A stretch of 64,000 nucleotides of DNA from Selaginella moellendorffii (taxonomy: Eukaryota; Plantae; Lycopodiophyta): contig NW_003314297.1 in NCBI RefSeq assembly GCF_000143415.4, positions 1,356,461 through 1,420,460 on the forward strand. The letters run 5' to 3'. How positions within the stretch are numbered: position 1 is the first letter of the stretch; the number at the start of each line of letters is the position of its first letter. Below are positions 37,174 through 49,356 of the stretch, in pieces. Under the pieces are notes generated by a model. That model saw nothing but the letters and a program-made list of their open reading frames with translations, was not told the DNA's origin and did no database searches. A program made the translations under genes and the position numbers.

Positions 37174-38321
37174 ATGGCTATGGCGTTGCGCGCGTGCTTG
37201 CGCAGGAGATTATGGGCGCGGCACGCGTTCCCAGTGCGCCCAATGTGCACTGCGCCCACAGACGCGATTGAAATGCCAGGTAAATCGGAAGAATCTTCAG
37301 CAGCCCCAGCAGAGGATGGCAGATCGCCGGAGCTCGTCTTCGCCAGCGCAATGTTTCACTCCTCCACGAACTGGACCCTCCGCGCCCTTGTGGAGGATTT
37401 TTGCAGCCTGCTGGAAGGGAAGAAGCTGATGAACAAGCTGGGCTTGCGCTACCTGCGAAAGAGGTGAAAGACGAAACACTTTGATCGCTCCAGGAAAAAT
37501 CTGATGGAGATGTTTTCTAGGATCGCAGTGGGCTTCGGCAAGCTATCCTCGGTGGCAAGCGAGAGTATCCGCTGATCCTGGAGAAGGAGTCCAAGATCGG
37601 AAGGAAGCCAGTGCCTGTTCCAAAGGGAGTCACTGTGAAAATCGATGGACAGCTGGTGGAAGTCACGGGTCCGCTGGGGAGCTTGTCGTGGACGTTCCGA
37701 GACGAGGTTCGCATCACGCTGGAGAACGATACTCTCATCCTCAAGAGAGTGATGGAGACGAAAAAATCTCGAGCCATGCACGGTCTGTCACGGTAAGCTC
37801 GACATTCTCATTCTTTTCCTTTCTTCTTCTAGTTTGGTTTGTTTCAGTTTGCATTACTTTCTCTCTCTCGTAGTTTTGAGTTGTGGTTTCTCAGAGTTTG
37901 GTTTCCTTGTTTTTCAGTTTTTTTCATTTCGTGTTTCGTTTGCCCATCGATCTCTGATTTTTCTCTCTTTGATTTCTCCAGGCAGCTGCTGAGCAACATG
38001 GTGGTGGGAGTTTCACAGGGATTCGAGAAGAAGCTGATCATGGTCGGAGTTGGCTACCGAGCGGTGGTGCAGGGAAACAAGCTGCTGCTCAACATCGGCT
38101 TCAAGATGCCCGAGGTGGTGGCCATCCCCGACGGGATCACGGCGGTGGTGGAGGAGAACACCAAGATCACAGTCTCGGGGCGCGACAATGTGCTCCTCGG
38201 AAACTTTGCGGCGCTCGTTCGATCCAAGCGAAAGCCCGAGCCATACAAAGGCAAAGGCATCCGATACGCTGACGAGAAAGTGAGAAGAAAGGAGACCAAG
38301 AAAGACAAAAAGAAGAAGTAG
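37174..38321 (+). CDS. RPL6: Organellar ribosomal protein uL6 (full-length, plastid-type) with long N-terminal extension
   Basis: ESKIGRKPVPVP...GPLG...AMHGLSR|QLLSNMVVGVSQGFEKKLIMVGVGYRA...PEPYKGKGIRY; frame is kept if intron 1 is 37464-37528. Confidence 0.9.
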
Positions 38322-38339
38322 CTCTTGAACGAAGAGAGA

Positions 38340-38470
38340 TTTGCTGCTTCCACACTTGGCATACAAATTCACCAAAGCATTCCCCACAAAGGTAGGAGCT
38401 ATTCAGTGACCTTTGAGCCCGTGATCTTAGCTCGTGCATGGATTCCATTCCCTCCTCTAGGATATAGCTC
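38340..38470 (-). pseudogene. Isolated PPR-motif remnant
   Basis: GIHARAKITG...VGNALVNLYAKCGS with frameshift/stop. Confidence 0.65.
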
Positions 38471-39195
38471 TTGTGTTCCTTGTTCTTGGAATTCTCATGA
38501 GAGCCGCGAAAAAGGTTCTAGCGATTACCTAGCACCCCTCCCGCTGGAAATCCCACGTACGCCATCGTCAAGGAATTCCACGACACGATGTTGTGGCACA
38601 TCAGGCATGTCCGGGCATTTCTCTAAGGCATTCACAGCACTGTTGTCAAGGAAGAGTTTCGAGTAGAGGCCGCTCTCCACGTCGACCCCTGTGGAAATTT
38701 ATGTGTGGAGAGCCTTAGATTATAGTTAAAGGCATAAAGCACAAAATAAAACAAATTAAAGTTACACAAAAAACAATGCCAGTATTTAGCAATGTGAAAA
38801 TCTTTGTTTCCTCATAACTTCAATATAATATAGTGCTTTTTTCTCTTGTTGCGAGGTCTAGAGATGCAATCCCAAGTATTGTTCCAGCAAGCAAGCTCCT
38901 AGGGTGTAAGGTGGAGTTTTACATCCTTTAAGAGTGGGTTGTGAATGCTCTCCATATTATTGTCTTGATCCATATGCTGTTTGTAATTGTGTTGGAAATT
39001 GTTCTTGTGCTTTTTACTATTAACTAGAAACAAAGCATACTTATGTTAGTATCAATCAAATAATAATAAATAATAATCTAAAAGCAAGTTTTGCTCGTTG
39101 AGGCCCGCCGAATTGGGAGCTTATGGGATCGTGTAGTGGCGGGCGGCATTGGGAGTTTAAGAAAAAATAATTAAACTTAAACAACTTAGCAAAAG

Positions 39196-39268
39196 TTCCG
39201 TTGCCGGGAATTGAACCCGGGTCTCTCGGGTGAGAGCCGAGTATCCTGACCGACTAGACTACAACGGA
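39196..39268 (-). tRNA. tRNA-Glu(CTC)
   Basis: TCCGTTGTAGTCTAGTCGGTCAGGATACTCGGCTCTCACCCGAGAGACCCGGGTTCAATTCCCGGCAACGGAA; full cloverleaf followed by a T-run. Confidence 0.97.
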
Positions 39269-40008
39269 ATTCTATAGTAAGCTCCGAATTCTTTTCATCA
39301 TATAGGCTTTGTGACGTGGTACGTGGCAGCGCCGCAGCCGTTTGCTGCATCTAAACGCGGCCAACGTATCCAAGGGCTCACAGTTTCCTTTCCAGACAAC
39401 CAAGTGCCCTTCTTTGCGTGAATCGTGGAGATTTTTCCCGAGGCGCCGGATTGCTCGATCGATCCATCGCGGGATCGCACTCGAGCGGATCAATTGCTGG
39501 CGTTAGGTATTAGCGCGGCGGCCAGCGAGCAATGACGGTATGCGCTCGCTCGAGGCCAAAAGAATCTTGCATTGACTGGTGGTGTGTCGTGATTCGCCAA
39601 TTCCAGCGGTCACAGCCAGTTGTGTTCTTCCTTGCTTGCCTTTTTTCCTTCTTCTTGCTTGAATCTTTCTTCGTGTGGCCGCCGTGCATGGATCGCAATC
39701 CCGCAATCCTGAAATATCGACTTCTTGTGCCAGATTGCGAGCGCCGCGAGGAATGTGGGTCGGGCGCCTGGGATTTCAATGGAGAAGGAGCGATCTTTCC
39801 GTCGCCGATCGAGCCGGTGAGTGTCGCAGCTCTTTGTTGAGTGAGGGAAGCAAGAAAGGAGGGAGAGAGATAGATCGCAGTGATTTTCTCTCGAGGGGGG
39901 ATAGATCGCGCTGGGAGGAGACGAAGAGATGGCTCTTTCTATTTATTTCGGAGAGGAAGAGTTAGCGCAGTCCTAGTTGGAGGGAAGAGAGTGGGTATCG
40001 CTAACGCT

Positions 40009-40923
40009 ATGCCTTTGGAGCCTCTTCCAGAGAGCATGAAAATTTTCACGCCGCCGGTCAATGCAGCCAGCCTTGTGGAAAGCTTTGGTGGTTTAAAGCC
40101 CGCAAGTAGGTCGAGTGAAAAGGACGTGCTTGTAAAAAAGCGAGGGGGGGACGAGGATAGAACAGGACTAGTCGTGGAGTCACTGGGATCATATAACACA
40201 AAGGCCAAGGATAAACTCACGGGAACTTCTTCCTCGCCGAGCGTCTACCACCACCACCACCACTCGAGCTTCTTGCGGAGAAGAGCAGTGGAAAGTAGTA
40301 GCGGCGGTGCTGCTGGAACATCATCTCTGGAGGTGGAGGAGGACGACGAGGAAGAGGAGTGCCGACGGGTCGTGAGGATCTTTCCTCCACCGCTGCCATC
40401 GCTGGCGAGGAAGGGGCCGTCGCAGTTCCCGTGCCAGATGCCGCTGGTGGCGCTTCACCCGATCAGGAGTCACGGCCGGTTCGTGCTCCAGGAGCTCAAG
40501 GTCCCCAAGCAGCTCATGTTCCGGCCCATCCGGACGAAAGGCAGGCTCATCTTGCAGCTCAAGTATGACGAGGACGAGGATGGCGAGGCGGAGCACGGGT
40601 TGATCGGGGGTGGTGGTGGTGGTGGCGAATCCAGCAGCGGAAGCTTTGGAAGTTCTGATATCTCCGATGCCGCTATCAAAAGCCTGTCGTCCACTTCGAG
40701 CGATTCGTCGTCACTGCTGTCTACAGGCCCGGGTTCTTCGTCGATCATACCTCCAGCTACGAGCCCGACTTCTCCGTCGCTCGTCTCAGCCCCGGCTCCA
40801 GCTACAGCTCCAGTTCCAGCTCCGCCGCCCCAAATCATCGACGTTTTCTGTCAAGGCCCGTGTGGCGGGCGAAAGATGGTCGTTGAAAGCGCCGCGGGGC
40901 TGGAACAGGGAACAAAGGCGTGA
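40009..40923 (+). CDS. FAF: FANTASTIC FOUR (FAF/DUF3049) family protein
   Basis: FPPPLPSL...PIRSHGRFVLQELKV...FRPIRTKGRLILQL. Confidence 0.88.
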   Translation: MPLEPLPESMKIFTPPVNAASLVESFGGLKPASRSSEKDVLVKKRGGDEDRTGLVVESLGSYNTKAKDKLTGTSSSPSVYHHHHHSSFLRRRAVESSSGGAAGTSSLEVEEDDEEEECRRVVRIFPPPLPSLARKGPSQFPCQMPLVALHPIRSHGRFVLQELKVPKQLMFRPIRTKGRLILQLKYDEDEDGEAEHGLIGGGGGGGESSSGSFGSSDISDAAIKSLSSTSSDSSSLLSTGPGSSSIIPPATSPTSPSLVSAPAPATAPVPAPPPQIIDVFCQGPCGGRKMVVESAAGLEQGTKA

Positions 40924-41446
40924 CGAGGTACTGGATTTACGTACGTAAAAAGTTTCGTACCTATCTCCTCTTTCGTCATGCCGCTCGCTTATCATCTCTT
41001 TTCACTTTTGTTCGTTTTGGATAACAAAAACTGCTGCTTCGAGCTTATTGAAATCTGCACAAGCCAAGAGCACAGCTAAATCGGAGAAGCGGACATTCCT
41101 GCTGGATTTGAGCGAGCAAATGGAAACAAGCCACATACCGGAAGAGTGGAGTAAAATGTCGTCACGAGGTAAAGTTGCATGGAGATGGGGACGTCAGCAC
41201 GACGTGTGCAGTCGTCGTCCCCGTGTCTTCGCGCATAAAATCCCCGCGAATATGCGCCCGAATCATTCCCCATTCAAAATAACCCGCTCGTGTCGGGCCC
41301 GTCTCTTTCTGTTCTTCGTGGGCCTTGGCTATGGACGCGGAGGACGATCCTGTGGATCCAGAGCCGGCTCTATAGCAAAAAAAAGAAGAGAGAAAGAGGA
41401 AAAGATTAGAGAGAAAGGAGAGAGAGAGAGAAGAAAGAAATTCACG

Positions 41447-42552
41447 ATGTTACCCAGCTCGTCGTTTCCTCCCGTCTATCAGCAGGACGAGGGAGGAGGC
41501 TTCGATCCCACCAAGTCGGACAGGTACTGGGAATCCCCGGCCACCGTCTCTGTTGTCGACGATGATCTTCGGAGCTGCAACCAAATGCCGTTCAAGAACG
41601 AGTTCCAGGAGCTCCTGCCGGTTCCAAACGGGGGCAGCGGCAGCGGCATCTTCACTCCCGGTTCCCACCACCAACACCAGCTCTTGCAACCACAGCTCCA
41701 GTTTGGAGACGAGCAGGCCGCTCCCTTTGGCTCGATCAACGAGGCCCAGGCGAAGCAGGAGATGCTGGCTTACCAGGCCCTGTGCCAAGCCGAGCTCATG
41801 AGGTCGGAGAAGACGCCCCACCGGACGCAATTCCAGAGGGAGAACCACATCCTGGCCGAGAGGCAGCGGCGCGAGGAGATGAACGAGAAGTTCACGGCGC
41901 TCAAAGCGTTGCTGCCAAAGTCAACCAAGGTAAAGCCGTGAGCTAATTATTCTCTAACGAACATCTACTCAGTTGCTTTACCCGCGTCTCAGAAAGACAA
42001 GGCGTCCATCGTTGGCGAGACAATCAACTACGTTCTTGAGCTGGAGAAGAAGCTCAAGGAGCTGCAGTCGACGGCCAACAGCAAGACTTCCCACCGTCAC
42101 AAGAGACGAGCACTGCCAGCAGAAGCAAATCCCGAGAGGAGAATAGCAACGTCGTCAAACGCAGATCAAGGAGAGAACCTGAGCGTAAGCATTTACTTCC
42201 GTCTCGATCACTAACGCCGTGCTTAAGAAGTTTGCGTTCAGGTGAAGCCTGCAGACATTGAGCTACAGTCAATAGGAGGACAAGCGATAATCAAGATGGT
42301 TTGCATGCGAAGTCCAGGACTTGCCTTACGAATTCTGGCGACCCTCGAGAGCTGCCAAGCGCAGGTGATCCAGTCGAACATTGCAACTCTAGGAAGCCAT
42401 GCCATTCTCTTCTTCACTGTTGAGGTAATATTGATCGAGAATATGATTTCGTACCTCTATTTTTCTTTTCGTTAATTCAGCTCAGCTCGAGCAATACCAG
42501 CACCGAGGAGTTGATCGCAACTCTAGAGCTCGCAGCTAGTCGCAGGGAGTAA
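41447..42552 (+). CDS. bHLH transcription factor with C-terminal ACT-like domain
   Basis: NHILAERQRREEMNEKFTALKALLPKSTK|KDKASIVGETINYVLELE; H-E-R basic residues. Confidence 0.92.
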
Positions 42553-42835
42553 AATACCACAATTTTCAGACCATTTGTAGCTTCCAGTGTATTCCATCTA
42601 CATAAATTCTCCTGGAGGGAGACTTGATAGCACCTTGCTTGCTTTGTGTTCTTGCTCATTCAGATGATTGACACAACAATGAATTATCGTGATTGACAAA
42701 AGTTTCTCCTGGAATAGAAACTCAGTGTCAAAAACAAATTGATTGTCAATATCTACAGACAGACATACCACTTATTTCCCATCCCGCGGCAATAAGTATC
42801 ACATCTTGCTGTAACTGACGACCTTCCAGAGAGTT

Positions 42836-45048
42836 TCAAGCCTGAACAGGTGTTTTCGGCTGGAACTCTTGCGTTGTCTTTACTGCTCTCGAAGACACAG
42901 AGCCCGTACTCAATCTGTGTACCAGCCCAGAGTTCCAGTACGCCGGGATTAAGACCGTAGGTAGCCTCCTGCTCTCCACCAAGTCTGGATAATCGGTGGT
43001 GTAATGTAGGCCCCGACTCTCACGTCTTGACAGTGCACTTCTAACAACGACGCGAGCGACACATATCAAGTTCCGCATCTCACAGACCTCCAGGTCCACC
43101 ATATTTGGCTTCCACCCGTGCCTGAATAAATGGTCCTGCCATGAAGTTTCTAGCTCTTCCAGCCGTCGCTGTGCGATCTCCAGCCGTTCCGTGGACCTCA
43201 CTATGCCTACGAAGTTCCACATTATCTGCTGCAGCGACTTTCTCTGAACGGCCGTGAACTTTCTGATCTCTTCCAACTGACTGTCTTCGAGGATAGCTGT
43301 CGACTCCAGCGGACGGGTCCATTCACGAGCCTCGTCCACTGCCCTGTATGATCCCTGTACCCGTTGAAAGTGATCATTTGACGGGTTGACGGCTCGTTGA
43401 GCGAACACAAGCGCTTCCAGCAGAGAGTTGCTTGCTAGCCTGTTGGCCCCGTGCAAGCCCGTGCATGTAACCTCGCCTGCTGCGTACAATCCTTCTATGG
43501 AGGTCTGACCGGACAATCCTGTTTGGATTCCACCGCACATATAGTGCGCGGCTGGTACGACTGGTATTGGTTCCTTTGTGATGTCTAGTCCACACTTCAA
43601 GCATTCCCGCGCGATGTTTGGAAAGTGGCCGAGAACCTCGCCCGCAGGCTTGTGGCTGATGTCGAGGTAGACAAATTTCTCGTTGTTCTTCTTGAGTTGA
43701 TCGTCGATGCTCCGAGCCACCACATCCCTCGGGGCCAACTCCCCTCGGGCGTCATACAGAGGCATGAATCTTTCCCTGGCCATGTTAAAGAGCTTTCCTC
43801 CTGCACCTCGGACAGCTTCGGTGATGAGAAAAGCATTCTCACGTGACTTTGGCTTGATCGGTAGACCGTCGTCAGCCAAGGCGGTTGGATGGAACTGCAC
43901 GAATCTGCGATTTGACTGGTTAGAGAACATTTGAGGACAAAGAAGAAAAACATACTCCATGTTAGAAATCACTGCCTGCGCACGATGCCCCATAGCGACT
44001 CCATCACCGGTTGCAACCTGCGACATAGAACGCGTAAGTTGTGAAGAGTACAGCATTTAGATTACCAGTGGATTGGTAGTACTAGGATAAATGTGACCCG
44101 CCCCTCCAGTAGCCAGCAGAGTCACAGCTGAAATAAATCGAACCACCTGAACAGAGCGTGATCAGCTTTGGATGAAAGAACTCGCTAGACTCCTCACCTC
44201 TTTGGTTCTGACATTCAAAGTATCCAAGCCGTGACACGTGATTGTGTTGCCATCCTGTAAAGTTGTCTCAGTCACAGTACAAAGAAATAGTTGACCAACA
44301 AACCTCGTGTGTGAGAAGGTCCAGAGCAAAATGATGCTCAAAGATTGAGATGGAGGCATTGTTTTTGACAGCGGTGAGCAACGCACGCTCAATCTCCCTC
44401 CCAGTCATATCAGCGGTGTGAACTATCCGGTGATGGGAGTGGCCACCTTCTCTTGCAAGATGGAGCTGGCCATCTTCGCTATGATCAAAAGAAGCTCCAA
44501 AGGCCATGAGCTCTTTTACACGCTCGGGGCCCTCCCTGCACACTACCTGTCATTCGTAGAAACGACGTGTCTACCAAAACGCTGATTGACAACTAAGATG
44601 AACTTACCTCCACTGTTTCTTCGTCACAAAGAAAGGCCCCAGCCACGATTGTATCTCTCATATGATTCTCCACTGAATCGGACGGGTCTAGAACAGCACT
44701 GACTCCCCCTTGGGCATATCTCGTATTGCTCTCCTGTGGCTCCGACTTGGTGATGATAGCCACCGATCCAAACTTCGCAACGTCCAACGCATACCGAAGG
44801 CCAGCAACACCGCTCCCAATCACCAAGAAGTCGAAATATTTCGTCGAGCTTCCATCCAGACGTGTTCTTGAATGGCGGCCATTCTGGTGTGAGGAAATCC
44901 TCCCATTTGCGGCAGCCTTGATTGTAAGGAAGCGATTCGAGGCTTGACACAGCGCCAAAGAGGCATCCACCGATCGAAAACTCGACAAGCCGGGAGCGAA
45001 ATACGCCGAGAAGCTGGCCCCTCGCAAGCAGGGAGCTCCAAAATCCAT
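42836..45048 (-). CDS. AO: L-aspartate oxidase, chloroplastic (NAD biosynthesis)
   Basis: VIGSGVAG, YAQGGV, REGGHS, QFHPT, TEAVRG, HYMCGG, GLHGANRLASNSLLE, RESRGLH. Confidence 0.96.
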
Positions 45049-45572
45049 GGGAGAGTGAGACGATCTGCCAAGATAAAGGGATCAGCAATCCCGAGACCAC
45101 CGGAACGCTCGATCAAGGTACCTGATTCCAGCGCACAGCTGCACAGACGCCATCTCCCAGCTGCGATCGCTCGCTCAAACCCTAGGCGCTAGACTCGGCG
45201 CCTTCTCTCTTCTTCCGCCCACTCTTAAGCAAAGGGATGGCGCGGCCCTATTTATATGAAATCCATCGATTAAAGAAATTTCCTTGAGCGCGAACAACGC
45301 ACGGCACCCATTTTAAAACTCTCCCCTTGCACACCGGTCCTCTGCGCCGTCGATCCGCGCGACGAGGTTCCATTCCGGAATGTGGCCATGGCGATTCAAA
45401 GAGGTCGAAGCTTCCGACCGTGGATGAAATTCCGTGGAAGGATCAACGGCCCTTTAAAAAAGCGTTTGACTAGCTCCAAAAAGCACGCTGATTCAATGGC
45501 GGGCGCGAGCCACTAGAGCCTAGTGGCGCCGGCGCCCGCCACGTCAGCACTCTCTTATTGGGCAAGAATATT

Positions 45573-47798
45573 CTACTCCCTAGTGTCTTTACATTCTCGA
45601 CTGCCACACTTGCACCTGAAAGCTTTGATGGGGTGGTTTTCGTCCGCAAAGTCGAGCTGATAGTCCTGTTTAAAAGAAGTTAAGATAGTTCTCTCCTTTT
45701 TTGTTTCTCACTCACCCATGTAAGTTCTTCCATGGCACTCACAGCGTGCTTGGTGAAGAGCGCAATCTAAAGATCAAGTCTGAGCAAAGAATCTCGAAGA
45801 GAAAACCGAAAAGAGATTGAAAAACTTACGTGGTAGAAGTGTCGATCGGGACACTCGATTTCGACAGGAATGTCGATGAGATTGGCATCTCCACACCTGG
45901 AGGAAACAACGTTGATACGAAAGATCGAGCGCTGGAAAGAAACGAGAGACGACAGTACCTGTGATTGATAAACCTGGCAACGTTTCCATAGTGTGTGCAG
46001 TCGAGGCACAAGAGGTGGTCGTCTTCCAGAATCCGCTCGGTGCAAACGTCGGAATCGAGATAGATTGGATAGAAATGCCTGGATTGCTTGAGAAAACGCT
46101 CCTCGTTCCTTTCGTCCAGCTCCGTGTTCGTGAGTATCTCCCCAATATACTCGCAGACGAACGCTCCCATGGGAAGATCTTCCGTGGTCCTCACTCCCCA
46201 TCCTTTTCCAGTTGGAGTCCAAAACACCTGCGAAGAACAACAAAGTTCACTTAGAACCGAAACAAAGTTCACGTAGAACCAAAACTGAAGGGTACCTCGA
46301 GCTTGTATCTCACTCCTTGCTGAACGATTCGATTCCCACAGAGCTTCTTGTGGCACGTACACTTGACCCAGCACTCCTTGATGAACCGGCGAACGATGTG
46401 TCCTCGGCATTTCTCGGTCGAGCCCCGCGCCACCTCCATGGGACACTCTTTCTCGCACGTAACTCTCCGGCACGCCTCGTCACCCTGGGTCTCCCGGACG
46501 GCCTGCCTCAAAAGCTCCTTTTTGACGCAGCCATCCTCGTTGTACGCAAACTCGCCGCCGGTCTCTCGCGCGCAGTGGCACGGCCACTTCTTCTTGAGGC
46601 AGTTCCCGAAGCAAGCCGTGCAGCAGTTGTCCTGCTCGATCTTGCACAGCCGGATTTCGATTTTGGCCTTCTCGTACGCGACGGCCACGGCGGTGTAGGT
46701 GAAGTCCTCCGGCAAACTCTCGTCGCCGCCTGGAGCTCGCACGAACGGTATCGGGACGGACTCCGCGCCCTTCGCGATGTCGTTCGGATCGTGCCTTTGC
46801 TTCTTTTTATATCGGACTGGAGCACAAGAGAAGAAGCTTCGTCTGTCAGTGCAAGTTCTCGAGTTTTGGTGTAAGAAAAACGACTCACCCGAGCTTTCTC
46901 CCGTGTTGATTACTTCCAAAGCTTGCGGGACGCTAGGAACTCCTGCGAAAACAGCGAAAGTTTTCATAGTGAAAAGGAAAAGACCATTTGGAACTTACCC
47001 AATGTCAAGTTTCTCGCGGCTGCTGAAACAAGCACGGAGCTGAGGAAACGAGAAACAGGAACGTATCCAAAGAAATTTACCTGGTGTATTCTTGCTGGAG
47101 GAGACTGGAAAACGAGTAGATCGGAATGTAGAGGAAATGAAAACGTAGACACAAACCTGTTTTTACCAACTTGCCGGAGCTTTTCGGCTCGGCCGATCTC
47201 GGCGAGTTTTTCTTGTCCGCTTCGCATTGCAGGCGCAATTTTTTCACGCATGCTACAGGATATAGTCATTAGTTCTAGAGAATGAAAAAGAACAAAGAAA
47301 AGACTAATGGAAAGTTTACCTGAAACGTGCTTGTTACTCTTCTCCAACGCTTCGTTATTCCTTCCCAACGGAATGAGAAACTCGTCAAGGCCTTTCCTCT
47401 TGACGCTGGGAGACGAGCTCGGACCAGCTGCGGATCGATATAGATCCAAAACGAAATTGAAAACGAAGGAAAGATATGAGATGAAATTACCAGTTTCCAC
47501 AACTGCATTGCCTCCTGGATCAAAAACTAGATAAGAAACGAAGGAAGATCGAAGAAGAAACGAGAATACCATCATCCACAAGCTCCATCACAAGAACTTC
47601 GAAGTTGTTCTCCTCAATGTGAGTCCAGCTCCCCTCGTAGACCTGGAAATCCACCGATGACCGCGAAAAGAATCCAAAAAAGAAGGATCTCACTCGCAGC
47701 AGCCTCCCAAGCACATCGAGCACCAGGCTTCTCTCAAAACCCAGCTCGGCCATTTTGCTACAGGCAGCGTCTTTTTTCTCCTCCATCGCTAAACCCAT
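45573..47798 (-). CDS. SUVR: SUVR-type histone-lysine N-methyltransferase (WIYLD, pre-SET, SET, post-SET)
   Basis: WIYLD (LLR|VYEGSWTHIEENNFEVL), pre-SET (CARETGGEFAY, CRGHIVRRFIKECW, CGNRIVQ), SET (KGWGVR, ARFINHR), post-SET FRCKCGSREC. Confidence 0.92.
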
Positions 47799-47816
47799 TT
47801 TAGGGTTTGAGTGAGG

Positions 47817-48498
47817 ATGAGCGGCCGGCGCAGGGGAATGCGGCAGGCGCTGGATTCGGGGAGCTGCGTCGATCCTCGCGCGAGCGGCTTGTCAATCATG
47901 CGCGTTGTGGCGCTGCGCGGATCTAATCTCGTGGAGGTACTTTGGAATCTAAGGTGCGCTCTCGATTTGCTCACTAATGCTACAGTAGGTTGAAGATGAG
48001 AAGCTCGAGAGGACGCTGTGCTTGCTTCCTGCCAAGTTCAGCAAATCTCTGTGGATTAAACGAGGTAAGCTTTGGAGGATCCAGACCGGCATTTTGATTC
48101 TTTGCTTGTTCTCTAGGGAACTACGTTTTAGTGGAGGAATCAGATCGCCAAAAGCTGCTCGACGCAAATGCCAAAGTGACAGGAATAATCTCGCAGGTTC
48201 TTTACAGGGATCACGTCAAAGAACTCCAAAAGACCGGGTGCTGGTAAGTGATTCGATCAAAGTTGCCAGGATGTCTCGCTCAAAAGCCAATTTTTTTTCC
48301 AGGCCTAAAGGCTTTCAGCTCACTGAACCAAAGGGTTGTTCTCAGCCAGCTTCGACCAACAAGGACCTGCAAGTAGAACCAGCTTCCGGAAATTCTAGTG
48401 ATGAAGAGGATGATTTGCCAGCTCTGGAGCAGAACACAAACCGATCCAGAGGCGGGACCTTGTACTTGTCATCTTCGGAAAGTGACGAAGACTTGTGA
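47817..48498 (+). CDS. EIF1AD: eIF1A-domain (S1-like) RNA-binding protein
   Basis: IMRVVALRGSNLVE|VED...CLLPAKFSKSLWIKR|GNYVLVE...SQVLY; C-terminal DDLPALEQNTNR. Confidence 0.88.
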
Positions 48499-49356
48499 CA
48501 AAGATCTTCCTCGGTACTTGAAGTTCCTCACCAAAGTTCACTTTTTTCTCTGTAGAATTCACTCGTTTCACTTTTAGGACAGAGGAACTCTGGAGAGCGA
48601 TCAAGGATTTTGTTCGAGACTCGGCTCCCGGTAAGTTTTTTTTACTTCGATCAATCAATCGCTTCGAGAGCTGTTTGGACCAAGGCCTAGTGATTATCAG
48701 AAAGAACGGAGATAAGATGGAGTCGACTTGTCGAAGCTCGCAGCAGCGGTAAAAACTCTGTTGTGGCTCCAAGTCAATTCCGCGCGACAAAAAACAAGAG
48801 AAGAGTGAAAAAACTCAGCTAAACGTATGACAATGAAGGCCTCCAAACAGACTCGAAGCATATCCCGCGCTAGATCCTCTGAGCTGAGCTGACTTACACT
48901 CACCCCTCTGATGTATAACAGCCCAGCAATTAAGCTAATTTAAAGGCGGACGAGGAGTCTTTCGAGCGTGCGTTAAATGCATCGTGTTTATATATTGTAT
49001 TCTTCTCACTAGTTTTTTTTTGTTTTTCCTCTGTGACCATCCATCGATCCAAAGGAAAAAAACAACTTTGCGCTTCCAAAGTCTTCCAATTTCTCTGTGA
49101 AGTTCCAGAGCCGATTTTAATGGCGCTTCTCAGAAGTTGGTAGCCAGATGAAGTCCAGCCAGGGAGAGAGAAGAATCTGCCGCGAATCTCCGCGCGAAAA
49201 CTCCGTATAAATACTTGGGCCATGCCTTCGTCTTGTTCTCAGATTGGAGCTTCTTTCTGGCGCCGAGCGTAAGCGCACTTCGCTTTGTTTGATCGAGAGG
49301 TGTGCTTATTGCTTTGCGCTTGTTTCCTTGTTGCTAGATCGATCGGCCCCGGCGCG

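Noticed and set aside
38470-38720. Coding-like fragment (YAIVKEFHDTMLWHIR...HVDPCGNL)
   Set aside because: Contains a stop and no family is recognisable
444-47798. DCL1, SUVR, Alba and SET genes as a functional silencing cluster
   Set aside because: They are interspersed with unrelated housekeeping genes; co-location is expected by chance at this gene density
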